Positions 1 through 13,527 of a stretch of DNA of 64,000 bases are shown in pieces. This DNA comes from Octopus sinensis. Taxonomy: Eukaryota. The DNA lies in assembly GCF_006345805.1 (NCBI RefSeq), contig NC_043009.1, positions 52,762,001-52,826,000 on the forward strand, written 5' to 3'. Numbering within the stretch: the first letter of the stretch is position 1; the number at the start of each line of letters is the position of its first letter. A model generated the notes under the pieces. It saw only the letters and a list, made by a program, of their open reading frames with translations. It made no database searches and was not told where the DNA came from. Both the position numbers and the translations under genes were made by a program.

Positions 1-1669
1 GAACGTAAAGAGCATACTAACCTGAGGGCTTGGAGGTGATATGTTTGAAGGAGGTCGAAGTTCCTGGCTGAGGGAGCCAGATCTGGCTAAAGGACTGTGA
101 CGTGGTTCAGTAGGTAACCGAGGACGATAGCGCTGCTGTTTCTGAGCCAAACTCAATGACCCTGAACGCACAAACACTCGTTCCTCTGTGTCAAAGAATA
201 TGTCCTCGGCGAATGCAGAGTCAGAAGCCTGAGCACCTTGCTGTGTCAAATACTGGAATGGCGCCATGGGGAAAGGGTTGAGGTCAGTGCCGATGTCTTC
301 ACTGACACTCGGTAGGAACATGTCCAAACGATTAAGGCTATTTGGAGTTCTTTTGTGACTGTGCGAGGGAAGACTGATTCCAGCGGCGCTTGCCAAATCC
401 AACAGAAACATTGCATTGTTTTTAAGAATTATATGAGATTCCATAGGAATCAAGTTCGACTGCTGCTTGTTGGCGAAGATTTTTTTCTTATACTTTCGTG
501 ATTTCTCTTTGTCTTTCTGCGCTTGTCGACGTTCACGCAAGTACTTATCCCTGCACCGATCACAGATCAGGTACCAACTGCTGCCTCCAAAGCCCCCCTC
601 TCCACAGTTACCGGCCCATCCACCACAGAAGTTGCCACCACTATTGTAGCCCTTGCCTCCAGCATATCGGCCGCAGCCAGGATGCGAGCGGCGCATATGG
701 TAGGTGACAGGATGTGGATACATAACACCACACAGTTCGCACATTGTCTCACGCTCAGCGCCAGCTGTGCCGGCAAACAGTACACCCGCTGCTTCTCCAA
801 ACAAGTTACCCCGCACAATTGGCTTCAGGTCACGTTTTTTCTTTGTTCGTTTCTCTTTTGTTTTTTCCTTCTCCTTCTTCTCGACTTTCTTTGTCTTCAT
901 GCTTAGGGCAGGACTTGGGTAGATCATGTCCTTTGATATCACATTGAGCATTGTTGATGCCAGTTCCTCCCAGAATCCCACCAAATGATACAACGTTGCT
1001 GGGAGTTTTGCATCCTCTCGCTCGTAAGTACCATTCTCAGAATGGATCAAGAGAGGGTCTTCCTGGTAATTCACACTACCCTCAGATTTGTGCCGTCCAA
1101 GGATTGGTTTCGGTTGTTTCAAAGGATCTATTTTCACAGTATCTATCTTAACCTGGTCCAACTTGCCTGAGTCAGTCTGCAGAGTGCCTAATCGGACACT
1201 GTCCTGTCTACTGACATCGGAATCTGAATCAACACTATCCTGGTGTTCAATGAAGAACCTAACACGAGTCTCGTTCAAATTGTCTCCCTTCTTGGACGGT
1301 TCCTTTTTGATTTCTTTCGACGATTCAGCTGGCTGACGGACTTTCGTTTTCTCTGACTTTTTGTCGTCAACTTGAGACATTTCCTTAGATAAATTTGGAT
1401 GAAATTTCAAAAAAGATGCACAGGCCATTGCATCATGCACGATTCCTTCGTGCCACAGAAAAGCGGCGTAGACAGCACGGAGACATTCGGCAACAGACGG
1501 TGAGAGAGCTTCCTTCACCGGCTCACGGGTCCTCTCAAAGATCATGGTGGCTGAACCAGAGCGACTCCTATTGATCGGAGTGGTCTCCCTTGGTGATGGT
1601 GATGCTGCTCGTTCTCGTTTGTTTCTCAACTGTCGACCCCTGTCTTTGCGAATAGCTTTTGGAGATAAC
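1..1669 (-). CDS. MYCBP2: MYCBP2 large exon (>1.6 kb), running off the window edge; includes SPSVAECLRAVYAAFLWHEGIVHDAMACASFLKFHP and the Cys/His/Gly-rich CELCG...HPGC...WYLICDRC block
   Basis: cttacag acceptor at 1670-1671; the translated segments are in one frame; absent from the ORF track, consistent with no stop before the edge. Confidence 0.95.
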
Positions 1670-1862
1670 CTGTAAGTAAGGAGAGTAAAAGAAAATTCAA
1701 TAATACCTTGTACCGTCAATGAATGAAAAATCACGAATATATACGAAAAGGAAATCAACAATAATAATAGTTACACCAACAACAAAAATACATTAGTTAC
1801 AATTGCGTAACCGTGGTGATTAAGGCAGTGGTATTAATAATGATGATTAATTAATGATGATG

Positions 1863-2120
1863 AAGGCGGCGAGTTGGCAGAAAGGCGGCAAGTTGGCAGA
1901 AACGTTAGCACACCGGGCGAAATGCTTAGCCGTATTTCGTCTGTCGTTACGTTGTGAATTCAAATTCCGCCGAGGTCGACTTTACCTTTCATCCTTTCGG
2001 GGTCGATAAATTAAGTACCAGTTACGCACTGGGGTCGATGTAATTGACTTAATACCTATGTCTGTCCTTGTTTGTCCCCTCTATGTTTAGCCCCTTGTGG
2101 GTAATAAAGAAATAGGTATT
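1863..2120 (+). mobile_element. tRNA-headed SINE family 1, tail A (also 2794-3030, 3077-3312, 41340-41568 with 12-bp TSD GATATTGGGGAG, 43845-44448 trimer, 49907-50139)
   Basis: A-box-like TGGCAGAAACGTTAG, B-box GTTCAAATTCC, central GCCTTTCATCCTTTCGGGGTCGATAAATTAAGTACCAG; many similar copies. Confidence 0.85.
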
Positions 2121-4543
2121 AATGATGATGATTATGATGACAATAATGATGAAAATGATGTTCATGATGGTGATGATGACAATAATGATGAAAATGATGT
2201 TCATGATGGTGATGATGGTGATGATGATGATGGTGGTGGCAGAACTGGCAGTGTTTCTGACAATGATGAGGTGAAATGTTCCTGAAAAAAAAAACATTTT
2301 CCTTACATATACAATTCACATAAAAAGTAAATATTTTAAATAAAAGATAAAACCAGAGAGTTGGGTTTCTATTTTACAAGCCCAGGGTTCCAATACTAAT
2401 ACCCACCACAACCTGGGAGAAAGTTACAATGATACAGAAGAGAACTGTAACGAAACGTTACAGAAAAGAAAATAAAAACACAGATTTAAACCTAGCCAAG
2501 AGATAGGTTTATGCTACGATTAGTATTATCTATTTCTTTATTGCCCACAGGTGGCTAAACATTAGTAATATCACTCTGCCAAAATAGTATGTCTTCCAAT
2601 TGGCTCATATACCCTCACCTGTCTCCAGACTTTCTCCTAATTACAACTGAAGCTTGATCTACAAACTGGTATGTATGACAAAGGACATAGTAAAGATGAC
2701 TGATAAAGTCAACCAAGGTAGGAATTGAACCCCACAACATAATGGTATACAAGCAAATATTAATGCCAGAGGAACTGGCATCAATATTTGCTTAAGGCGG
2801 CGAGCTGGCAGAAACGTTAGCATGCCAGGCGAAATGCTGAGCGGTATTTTGTCTGCCGCTACGTTCTGAGTTCAAATTCTGCCGAGGTCAACTTTGTCTT
2901 CCATCCTTTTGGGGTCGATTAAATAAGTACCAGTTACGCACTGGGGTCGATATAATGGACTTAATCGGTTTGTCTGTCCTTGTTTGTCCCTTCTGTGTTT
3001 AGCCCCTTGTGGGTAGTAAAGAAATAGGTATATAAGCAAATATTAATGCCAGAGGAACTGGTATCAATATTTGCTTAAGGCGGCGAGCTGGCAGAAACGT
3101 TAGAATGCTGGGCGAAATGCTGAGCGGTATTTTGTCTGCCATTACATTCTGAGTTCAAATTCCGCTGAGGTCGACTTTGCCTTTCATCCTTTCGGGGTCG
3201 ATAAATTAAGTACCAGTTGCGCACTGGGGTCAATGTAATCAACTTGATCCGTTTGTCTGCCCTTGTTTGTCCTCTCTGTGTTTAGCCCCTTGTGGGTAGT
3301 AAAGAAATAGGTACGTAAGCAAATAGCATAAGGTACTTTACTTGATGCTATCGATTCTACCCCTTACTGCCCCTAGCAATATACTTACTACTTAAGCCCT
3401 GTGCTCCCTATGGAGCATAGGCCATTGGTAACTTTTTTTCACTGTCATTGATTCTAGGTTGTCTCTTCTCTCCTCTGCTAGGTCAATGTGGTTCTGAATT
3501 GTCATCAATGCTTTTGTAATCAATTGTTCAAGAAGCTGGCATTAGCTGGTGCAGTTCATAATATTGCAGATCAATCAGAAATTGAAGAAATCAAAAGAAT
3601 GTTGTCTTTTGTTATGATGGTGATTTACCAAACATTTTCTTTTTTTTTTTTTTAATTTTTGGGGGATTTTTTTATAAGATGACCAGCACCAAATAAAGAA
3701 AACCTTAACCCAAAACAATATTTTACTTGTTTCAGTTATTTCAATGTGGCCATGCTAGAGCACCATATCAATCCCAATATTTATTTTCAAATCTGGATCC
3801 TATATTAGTTAGTTCTGTTTGTGACACTACTAAGTGATGGGACATTGACTAAGAAGTCCTTTTTTTTCCTTCAAACACTATCAAAGAAAGACAGACTGAA
3901 ACACACACACACAGTGAACTTCTGCACCGTTTCCTACTACTAAAATCACTCACCAATCATTGGTCAACACAAGGTTTTATATAAGAGTGGTACTGATCAC
4001 AAGACCAAGTACTTGCTTAGCAAACTTCTTAACCACACAGCCATACCTCCACCTCCAATATTTTACCGTTATATCAGGGACATGCTGGCAAGGTAGGCAG
4101 TGCCTACTTTGGATAAAATAGATCGATAACAACATTTTCCTGTCATGGCAAAATACACACCTTATCATGAAAGTTACTCTAGTTACTATGTATAAAATGA
4201 AAATATTTTATTATTTTATAGATTAGGCAGGCATAATTCATCTCTGCTTTTCAATTTCAGTATTTAAGCTATGCATAGTACTGCTGTAGTAAATGTGCTG
4301 TGTACATTCCTACAACAATGTTTTATTTATGTGTTATAAAGGCAGAAGTAAATCTGTCTACAACTAAGTCACGTGCCTGTGGTTTGCTTATTTTTTGTGT
4401 GTTTTACTACATAAAGGTCACCAACTGCCTGCCCTGAGTAATTACTGATGGCACGTGCCTCCATTATATCTACTCTGGCCTCACTGATGGCACTGTTAAT
4501 CTAACAGAAAACCTCTCTAAGATCAGAGAACCAGTTGTGCATG

Positions 4544-4574
<31 letters not shown>

Positions 4575-5019
4575 GTATGTTGTAACTGAAGCTGAGAATT
4601 TGTTGTGCATCTTGAGTTTCAAGCCAGTGAGACCTTCAAGCGAAATGAGATTTGTCTGAAGATTACAGTGGCATGAAACTCCCATTGCAAAGCAAACTTT
4701 CGGCTTTGGTTTCAATAAAACAAAAAAAAAACCTATATCCTCTTCAGCATGTATTAAGCACTCCTTTCTGATCTGTTCAACATTATGCAACATAAGTGTG
4801 AGTATGTATGTACATACACACGCATACATGTATAGATGTGTTCTTGGAGACATTGGCTCATACTTCTGTTTTATCCTAACATGTTCTAAATAGACACTTT
4901 CTTTGCATTTCCTCCAATGAGGAACAAAGATAATAAAAAAATAAATAAATAAAAAGCCAGAAAACCCTAAAAAGAAGGATGCAGGAGAGAGAAAAGTTTC
5001 AAAGCAGGCCCTTCCTCAC

Positions 5020-5337
5020 CTGATTGTATCATCTTTTGGTGAGACTGCACCGATATTGAAAGTGGGTTTGATTGCCGCCTCACATGTGCTGCCTCCAGGT
5101 GGCACCACTGGTGCTACTGCTGCTGCTGCTGCTGCTGCTACTGCGACTGGTGCTGCGTTTGGAACAGTTGTGACAGTAGGCCCTCCAAGTTGAGGTGAGG
5201 CAGAACCTGATGAAGGTGGGCTTGCTCCATGTCCGAGACTACTGGGCCCGGAGTTGTGTTGCTGTTGCTGCTGTTGTTGTTGTTGTTGTTGTTGTTGTGG
5301 TGTAGGACTAGGAGCAGGACTACTGCTTGGGTCTCGA
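5020..5337 (-). CDS. MYCBP2: MYCBP2 exon with polyQ13 and polyA7 (RDPSSSPAPSPTPQ13HNSGP...KPTFNIGAVSPKDDTI), phase 2/2
   Basis: gtcctag acceptor, gtgagg donor, 318 nt open. Confidence 0.85.
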
Positions 5338-6298
5338 CTAGGACACAGAAATGTATAAGTTGGTTTTAAAAAGAGGGAAGAAAACTTTACAGTACAGCAA
5401 AGTTAACAACACTCCCTTTTTTATATTAGGATTCTGCATGTGTATGTGTGTAGAAAAAAGAGTGTGTGCATGTGTGTGTGTGTATGCATGTCAGAGAGTA
5501 TGTATGTACATCCATGAATATGTATGTGTATATGCATGCATATATTTGTGCATGTCTGTATGTGTATGCATATATATATATACACACACTCATACATGCA
5601 TATATGTGATATTTACAAACAAGCATACATACAGTTACACATATACACCAACCATGTTCATATAAACACGTGGTGTATGAACATATATACACACACACAC
5701 ACATGTATATAACATGTATATACATGTATATACCAATCCATACATATATTTCAAAGAAAATTTAACATACATTTCATTTGTTAGAGAATATTGTGTGTTG
5801 CCTTTATACATACACACATACACTAACATGCACAAATACTAACACATCCGCACTATCATACACACTGACACTCAGACACAAAAATATACACACACTAAAA
5901 CATTAGAGAAAAACACAACCATACACACTAACATATATATATATATATACACCAACCCATGTACTAACACAAACACACACCTAAACATTAACATACACAA
6001 TCTAACACACATAAAACTATATACTAACACACACATACACTAAGACACACACATATACTAATACACACACACATATACTAACACACACCTACTGGGAACC
6101 CATGCATTGACACACACACATTCACACACACACACACATTAACACACTCTAACTAACGCACATGCTATGAGCGCATGCGCTAACACATACAGACACCCAT
6201 AGACAGATATTAACACACATCAACACACACACATACATACATACATACTACATACATACATACATACATACATATACATACATACATACATACATACA

Positions 6299-6332
<34 letters not shown>

Positions 6333-7135
6333 CATACATACATATATGATTGTTGTTAGCAGTAAGCAGCAAAGCAGTTTCTAGTTGAAGCAACAGGAGT
6401 GGCAGCAACAGCAGTGCAGTAGCAGCAGTTGAGGAAATTGCTCAATCTGAGAGATGCAAGGAGGAAGGTAGGTGGTGGTTACAGTGGTGGGGAGGGAAAC
6501 AAAACCAAAAAAAAAAAAACGAAAAAAAAACAGAGTGGGAGAAAAAAATAAATTTGTTTTTTTTTTTTAAATTCAAGAGAAAAAAAAAGACAAATATAAA
6601 TAAATAAATAAAAGAGTCAATCATGTGACAAGTTTTTCATGATCAGAAGTGTTCACAGGAAACAGTGAGTGCTGTTGGGTTTGGTAGAAGTGTGTGTGTG
6701 GGTGGGTGATAGCAGTGCTGTGATGTTCATGCATTCCTGTCAAGGCCATTTGTGAAGTGAAAGAAACCAAAAGTGAAACGTGATTGTTTTATGACAAGAG
6801 TTGGTCATTAATGGGTGGGTGTCAACAGGTCTGGATGAAGCTGAAAGTGAAATATGTAATTGTTTTGTGATTGGAGATGGTCATTGATGGGTTGTCAGTG
6901 TCAACAGATTTGGATGATAACAGAGTCGTGACCTTCAGTGGGATAAATAAAATGAAATAGCCCTTTATTTGGTTGTGTGGATAAGAAGCTCCCTTTGCAA
7001 CCATATGGCTTCATGTTTAGTGCCACAGCATCGCACCTTGGTCAAAGAATCTTTTATTATACCAATGTCTTGTGAATGAATCTGGTAGATGGAAATTATG
7101 TCAAAGCCCATCATATGTATGTGTACAGACACACA

Positions 7136-7252
7136 CAAGGTGGGCCAAAAGTCATGCACCAAGATAAAAAAAAACCCTCATTTACCATATATGGCAGATA
7201 ATGGTTGATATAAGTAATGATATGTTTGGTGCGTGACTTTTGGTCCACCCTG
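7136..7252. mobile_element. 117-bp Tc1/mariner-type MITE
   Basis: 27-bp imperfect TIR CA(A/G)GGTGG(G/A)CCAAAAGTCA(T/C)GCACCAA; TA on the right flank. Confidence 0.7.
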
Positions 7253-7590
7253 TATTCATTATATATACATGCATATGTGTGGGTTTAAGCTTGTACCCCC
7301 TCCAGCATTTACCAGTAGGTGTTTGTTTGCATCCCTGTAAAACATGGTGGTCCAATAAAAAGAGATCAATAGGAAAAAGTGCCAGATGATGAAAATTAAG
7401 TATTTGGAACAGTTCATTGGACCAAAAACCCCATAGAGTGGTGCTCCAGCATGATCATAGACCAATGGCCAAAACAAGAAAAAGATAAAAGATACAGGCT
7501 AATGGAGCAAGTGAAATGAAACAGCTCCCAACAGTGGATAAATTTGACCCTTTCATTATCAAGGGGGTTCATCAATGAGTGACCAATATT

Positions 7591-8020
7591 CTCTTTTACT
7601 CTCTTTTACTTGTTTCAGTCATTTAACCGCGGCCATGCTGGAGCACCGCCTTTAGTCGAGCAAACCGACCCTGGGACTTATTCTTTGTAAGCCTAGTACT
7701 TATTCTATCGGTCCCTTTTGCCGAGCCGCTAAATGACGGGGACGTAAACACACCAGCATCGGTTGTCAAGCAATGCTAGGGAGACAAACACAAACACACA
7801 AACATATACACACACAAACATATACACACACATACATATACATATATACATATATACGACAGGCTTCTTTCAGTTTCCGTCTACCAAATCCACTCACAAG
7901 GCATTGGTCGGCCCGAGGCTATAGCAGAAGACACTTGCCCAAGATGCCACGCAGTGGGACTGAACCTGGAACCATGTGGTTGGTAAGCAAGCTACTTACC
8001 ACACAGCCACTCCTGCGCCT
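7591..8020 (-). mobile_element. tRNA-headed SINE family 2, CORE-like, with internal microsatellite (also 29378-29743, 30511-30930, 45123-45526)
   Basis: Head TGGCTGTGTGGTAAG..GGTTCAGTCCC, CORE-like CTTGGGCAAGTG, variable (TG)n/(TA)n centre, GTAAAAGA tail. Confidence 0.85.
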
Positions 8021-9345
8021 ATATATTAATGTTTAGAGCATGTGGAGTTGACAGCACTGACATTCATGTAATTTCTCCAACATCCATTACAGTTTTATTA
8101 AGAGTGAAAGGAAACAGCGGCAAGAGTTAATCATGTGGCCATTTCAGGACCTGAGGTATTCAGCAATGAGTGACCAGTACTATTAGTTTTAGTGGATGTG
8201 TAGGTGATACGGTGTTGTGATGTTCATGCAGTTTTCCAAAGCCCAAATACCAGTGCTCGACTGGTATTTAGTTCATAGACTCCAAAAAGGACAAAAGACA
8301 GAGGTAATCTTGACAGAATTTTAACTCAGAATGTAAAATGGGAAGAAATGCCACTGAGAATTTTTACTAGTCCTTTATTTTATTATTTTTTACAGACAGA
8401 AAGGGATGGACAATTTCATTAACCCCAGAACTTGACAGGTACTTTATTTTTTTTATTTTTTCCAAAAGGATGAAAGGCTAGATTGACCATGGCAGAATTA
8501 GAACTCAGAATGTGAAGAACCAAAAGAAATGTGGCTAAGCATTTTGTCCAGTGCACTAATGCCAACTCACCAGTTTAATAATAATAATAATAATAATCCT
8601 TTCCACTACAGGCACAAGGCCTGAAATTTAGGGAAGGGAGATAGTCAATTACATCGATCCCAGTGTGTAACTGGTACTTAACTTATCGATCCTGAAACGA
8701 TGAAAAGCAAAGTCAACCTCAGCAGAATTTGAACTCAGAACATAGCGACAGATGAAATACTGCTAAGCATTTCGTCCAGCATGCTAATGATTCTGCCAGC
8801 TTGCTGCCTTAAGTAATAATAATGTTGATAATGATAATTTTCACGTAGATAGAGAACCAGAAATTTTGGGAAGAGCGAACAGTTGATTACAGCAACTACA
8901 GTACTTGTCTGCTGTTTTATTTTATCATTATTTACAATGGACAGATAGGTGTTTGTTAATATCACATCTTGTTTGTTGATATCACAACATTCCGGTTGAT
9001 GTATTCTCCAGCCTTCGTCAGGTGTTCTGGTAGAATTTCGAACCCAACCCTTTATTTGACTAATGGGGTACATTAAAAAGCACGTAAAAAGCACCCACTA
9101 CACTCATGGAGTGGTTGGCGTTAGGAAGGGCATCCAGCCGTAGAAACATTGCCAGATCAGACTGGGCCTGGTGCAGCCTTCTGGCTTCCCAGACCCCAGT
9201 TGCACCGTCCAACCCATGTCAGCATGGAAAGCGGACGCTAAACGATGATGATGATGATGGGGTACACTGTTCTCATTCCTTAGGTATGTTGCTGATGTTA
9301 TTTTTCTGTTGATATTATTTTTCAAGTCCCAGAATATCCAGAGAT

Positions 9346-9579
9346 GATGACAGAGAGAAAATCCAACAAGATCTAGAAAAGTTGTACAAGAAAGAATTTG
9401 AGAAGGTGAAGACAGGCCAGATTAAGAAGTTTATGAAGCTCAAAGGCCAGAGACTAAAAACCAAAGTTCATCACCCACTTTTGTAAACAGTAATTAACGT
9501 AAGTAGCTGACATCTGGACAACTCTGGAGAAGCAGTACTAAACAAAGGTTTCAACTTTGCGATAACCATCAAGCGCAAG
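9346..9579 (+). pseudogene. Penelope-like element ORF N-terminal fragment
   Basis: Translates as ...TVINVSS*HLDNSGEAVLNKGFNFAITIKRK with two in-frame stops; matches the vvNlS..L..e..vL.kGlnF motif typical of PLE ORFs. Confidence 0.65.
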
Positions 9580-12173
9580 TCAACTTTCATCATTCGGGGT
9601 CAATAAATTAAGTACCAGTTCAGCACTGTGGGGGTCAGTGTAATTGACCTCCTCTAAAATTGCTCATCTTGAGCCAAAATTTGAAGCTACTTATTGTTAT
9701 TTTCAAAACAAATACAAGTTCATCAATATCGATATGAAAGAACATTTCAGCTATTTCAACCCCAGTATATGACAGTTACCTAGTTCCCTGTGACACCCTG
9801 CCACACACAATGATGAAAGGCATCTCACTGAGATTTCCACTTGGAACATAAAGAGATGTGGCTGAGTATCACAATACCATTCTGATCATTTAACCACCAT
9901 TGATAACAATAAAAGCTATGGATGATGATGATAACATGACATCGGAAGACATGACAAATCATGCGGGGATGAACGGAATAGTACAGATGCAAAACAAAGC
10001 AACAACAGCATGCATGCATTGCATTATTCAATACATCCCATGCCATTGTTACCGGCAATAAAAATGGGTGTAAAATTCTGTGAAGAGTAGGGAGACGGAG
10101 GTGAGGAAGATGATTTAACTTTTGTTAATAAATAATAAGCATGTAAACTTGTTTGTGCTAAGAAAATATTTCAAAATATTGCCAAAAAAAAAAAAAAAGG
10201 AAATTTTTCAAATTAAATTAAACGCAAAAAAAAAGCATTAAAAACAAGAACCTGTGCACAACCATTTTTAAACTTGTAAACATATATGCATGTGTGTGTG
10301 TGTGTGTGTGTGTGTGTACATACACACCCATCCTCATATATCATAGGTGTATTGTTCCAAAAATAAAGGAACACAGTATTAAATGAATCAGATGTAAATG
10401 AAAAATAGAACACATGAGGAAAATGGGTTTTGTTTCAAGACACCATGTGGTACTAAGCATTACAGATGGTTGCAGTCTAAGCAGAATCTTAGACTGATTA
10501 TCACTCTGTATTATCACAGATCAGTTTGTGATAAGCATAACATGATTCACGATTAATATATCAAATTATCCCAGATCAGTGATGAATGAATCAGTGATAA
10601 ACAAGGGGAGATATTTATGTATATAAAACCTTCAACTTTTCCTATCCAAAAGGAGTTTTATAACCCAATATTTACACACTATTATTCATAGCTTTATTTG
10701 CTTCAAGGTCCACTGTTCCAATTATTTCACATTATTTCACATTCTCTTGAAATTTATAAATTCTTATGATGTCAACAACATATAGCTGTTGTTGCTAAGA
10801 ATAAAGTTTCTAAAACGAATAGAGAAATTTGAAGGATTGCTTTGGTCCAGTGGTGGAATTCCCATCATGGTTACAAGAGATGTGGGTTCAAGTCCCAAAG
10901 ACATCTTTCAACTTTTTCTATCCAAAGGATTTTTTTAATCCAGTATTTAAACACTATCATTTATAGCTTTATCTGCTCCAAGATCCACTTTTCCAAATAC
11001 TATTATAAATTAATATGTATAAATTTAGTGCTGTAACATGAATAAATCAATATATACACAATTCCATATCTTATGAAGTACTTTGCTCAAATATGTGGTC
11101 CTACTAGTTACTAAAACAGTAACTGGTAGAACAACAAATCCACTTAAATATACATATATTAATTAAATAAGGCATTAACAGTATATATGAGAATAAATTT
11201 GTAAATTTACCAAGTTCACATCAGGTGTCCAGTTTTGATAGCTCATTTAAGTAATGAACTGAGATATCTTAGTATTAATATATGAACACTGTCGTGTCTG
11301 TCCTGATCTTGTATCACTATGTTCTCTCATCTGTTAGCAAAACTTAAGCCTGTCCTGAAGAAGCTTAAACACAGAAACTGAAACTAGTTGATTAACTCTT
11401 TTATCCGGATTACTGAGAGTGTTGTGGTATAATCACATGGTGGGTTTAATTTCTATGGGTCTATATCATGGATTTATAATAAATGTTTATTTAGCATATC
11501 TGAGTAAATCTATATAGGATGGTCATGGCTGGAATGCCTTTAATCATAGACTGGTGCAATCAGTGCTGACCTGGGGACGGGGCTAACCAACACCATAAAG
11601 AAGCCCATGAGAATGCATCTACAAAATTGAGTAACCTGCAAGAAACAGCAGGCTAATCTCCTTCAAATCACATCCTACCATTCAAAATTTTTTTTTTTTT
11701 TTTATTTTTTGAAAAAGGGATACATTGGATGATGTAGTCAGAATACACTAGGCCTAAAAAACAAACAAACAAACAGGAAGAGCACAGCTGAAATACTTTT
11801 CATCATACACAATATAATAAAGGTTGACCTGGACCTAAACAACAACAACAACAAAACAGACTGAATGATGCTTTTATAAAACTTGTCCTTCAATCAATCT
11901 TTCTGAGCTCAGTGGCCCTCACCAAATTCCCTAATTCACTCTACAGACAATCACACAACTGGAGGAACCCACTATGTGGTTGCTCGATTTATATCATACT
12001 TTCATTTGTTTGACCAGTACATTGCTTATAGTCAACTCTTGTTTGCCTAGACTCCTTTATTCTCTGTTTAGCATTGGTCCAGTCTGAGCACTAATTGTCT
12101 GAATCTATTATATGCTTTTTTCATGTATCCTTACCGTTTATTTTATTTCACATACTACAGTCTTAAAATGAAA

Positions 12174-12569
12174 CAAGCAGTATCACCCAACGTTGCTCGG
12201 GTTTGTTTTCGACCCTTTAGAATTGGAATTTTTGAAAAGTAAAAATTTTGCATTATGTAACTCGTTATTCTCTTAAAGTGAACATTTTTCTGGTTGAAAT
12301 ACACCGAAAAATGGCGACACAGCAGTAAAAAAAATCGTAAAAAATAGGGATTTTCATAGAAAGAAAGCACCTTTTTGATGTAAATAATTTTTGGTGTTGA
12401 CATGGTCCGATTTGAATTTTTTCTTCTACGGAAGGAAGAGCAAGTTTTCTTCTATCATACTCTCAATTTTGGACAACTTGTGACGCAAGGTCTTGGAGGA
12501 GACAGTGTTAGTTGAAGGCTATCAAACCTGCCATACACAGACAACTTCAGCTTTATATATAGAGAGAGA
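12174..12569 (-). mobile_element. Non-autonomous Helitron-like element
   Basis: On minus: 5' TC...TATATATAAAGCTGAAG start; 3' hairpin CCCGAGCAACGTTGGG followed by CTTGT (decayed CTAGT). Confidence 0.65.
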
Positions 12570-12939
12570 TGGGAAATAGATCACTTAATCACCAAGGTAC
12601 AAGAACACTCTGGTTAACCTTCAATTGCCTTAATTGGAGAAGTAGGCCTACAATTAGCATAAGTTACTAAAGGCATGTTGAGCAGATCAGAAACCACCGA
12701 CTGGAAGACATGCTAGGTATACACTGTACGAAAAACAACAATAAAAAAAAGATGGGGTGATGGTCAGCATTGGAATGCTTTGACTACTGGTCTAACTGAA
12801 AATGAGGCTTAAATGATGACACCCAAACAAAAACATTCCAGAATCATTCAATACTTCACCTGCACAGGTACCACACAAATGTATTGAAATACCTCTTTTA
12901 TCACAACTGTAATGCTTAAGTAACAAACTTAATGCTCTA

Positions 12940-13490
12940 CTAAAATAGCTGTAATCCTTAGTTAATACAGTTTTAATGCTCATTTCGTAGTTTTACTGCT
13001 CAGTTATAAAGTTCCAATGATCAGTTGATATAATTTTTTACTCAGTTAATAGTTTTAATGTTCAGATAATGGTTTTTACTGCTCATTCACTGTAGTTTCA
13101 TTGTTCAGTTATAGTTTTGATGCTCAGTTATAGATTTAATGTTCAGTTATAGTTTTAAGGCTCAGTTATAACTGAGCAGTTGTTACTGCTCAGTTATAGT
13201 CTTATTGCTCGGCTAATGCAGTTTTTACTGCTCATTTGATATAGCTTTATTGCTCAGTTAAAGTTTTAATGCTCAACTAATGCAATTTTACCTGCTCATT
13301 TATATAGTTTTATTGCTTAGTTTTAAAGCCCAGTTAATGCAGTTTTTACTGCTCATTCATTACAGTTTTATCGCTTAGTTAACAGTTTTAATATTCAGTT
13401 AATACAGCTTTAATAGTTAATTAATGTAATGTTAATGTTCAATTAATATAGTTTGAATGCTCAATTAATATAGTTTTGGTGCTCAATTAG
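12940..13490. repeat. Degenerate minisatellite, ~20-22-bp unit (GTTTTAATGCTCAGTTAATA)
   Basis: More than 20 visible imperfect units, directly beside the 13528 donor. Confidence 0.85.
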
Positions 13491-13527
13491 TAAGACTTTA
13501 AAACGACAACAAGAAAAAGAAGCTCAC

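Noticed and set aside
467-1336. Several plus-strand and off-frame ORFs
   Set aside because: Antisense or alternate-frame shadows of the large MYCBP2 exon
2049-2319. Poly-Asp/His/Ile ORFs
   Set aside because: (GAT)n-derived low complexity with a 39-bp duplication after a SINE tail
7773-8036. Recurrent ORF RQASFSFRLPNPLTRHWSARGYSRRHLPK in several places
   Set aside because: Antisense translation of SINE family 2, not a gene family
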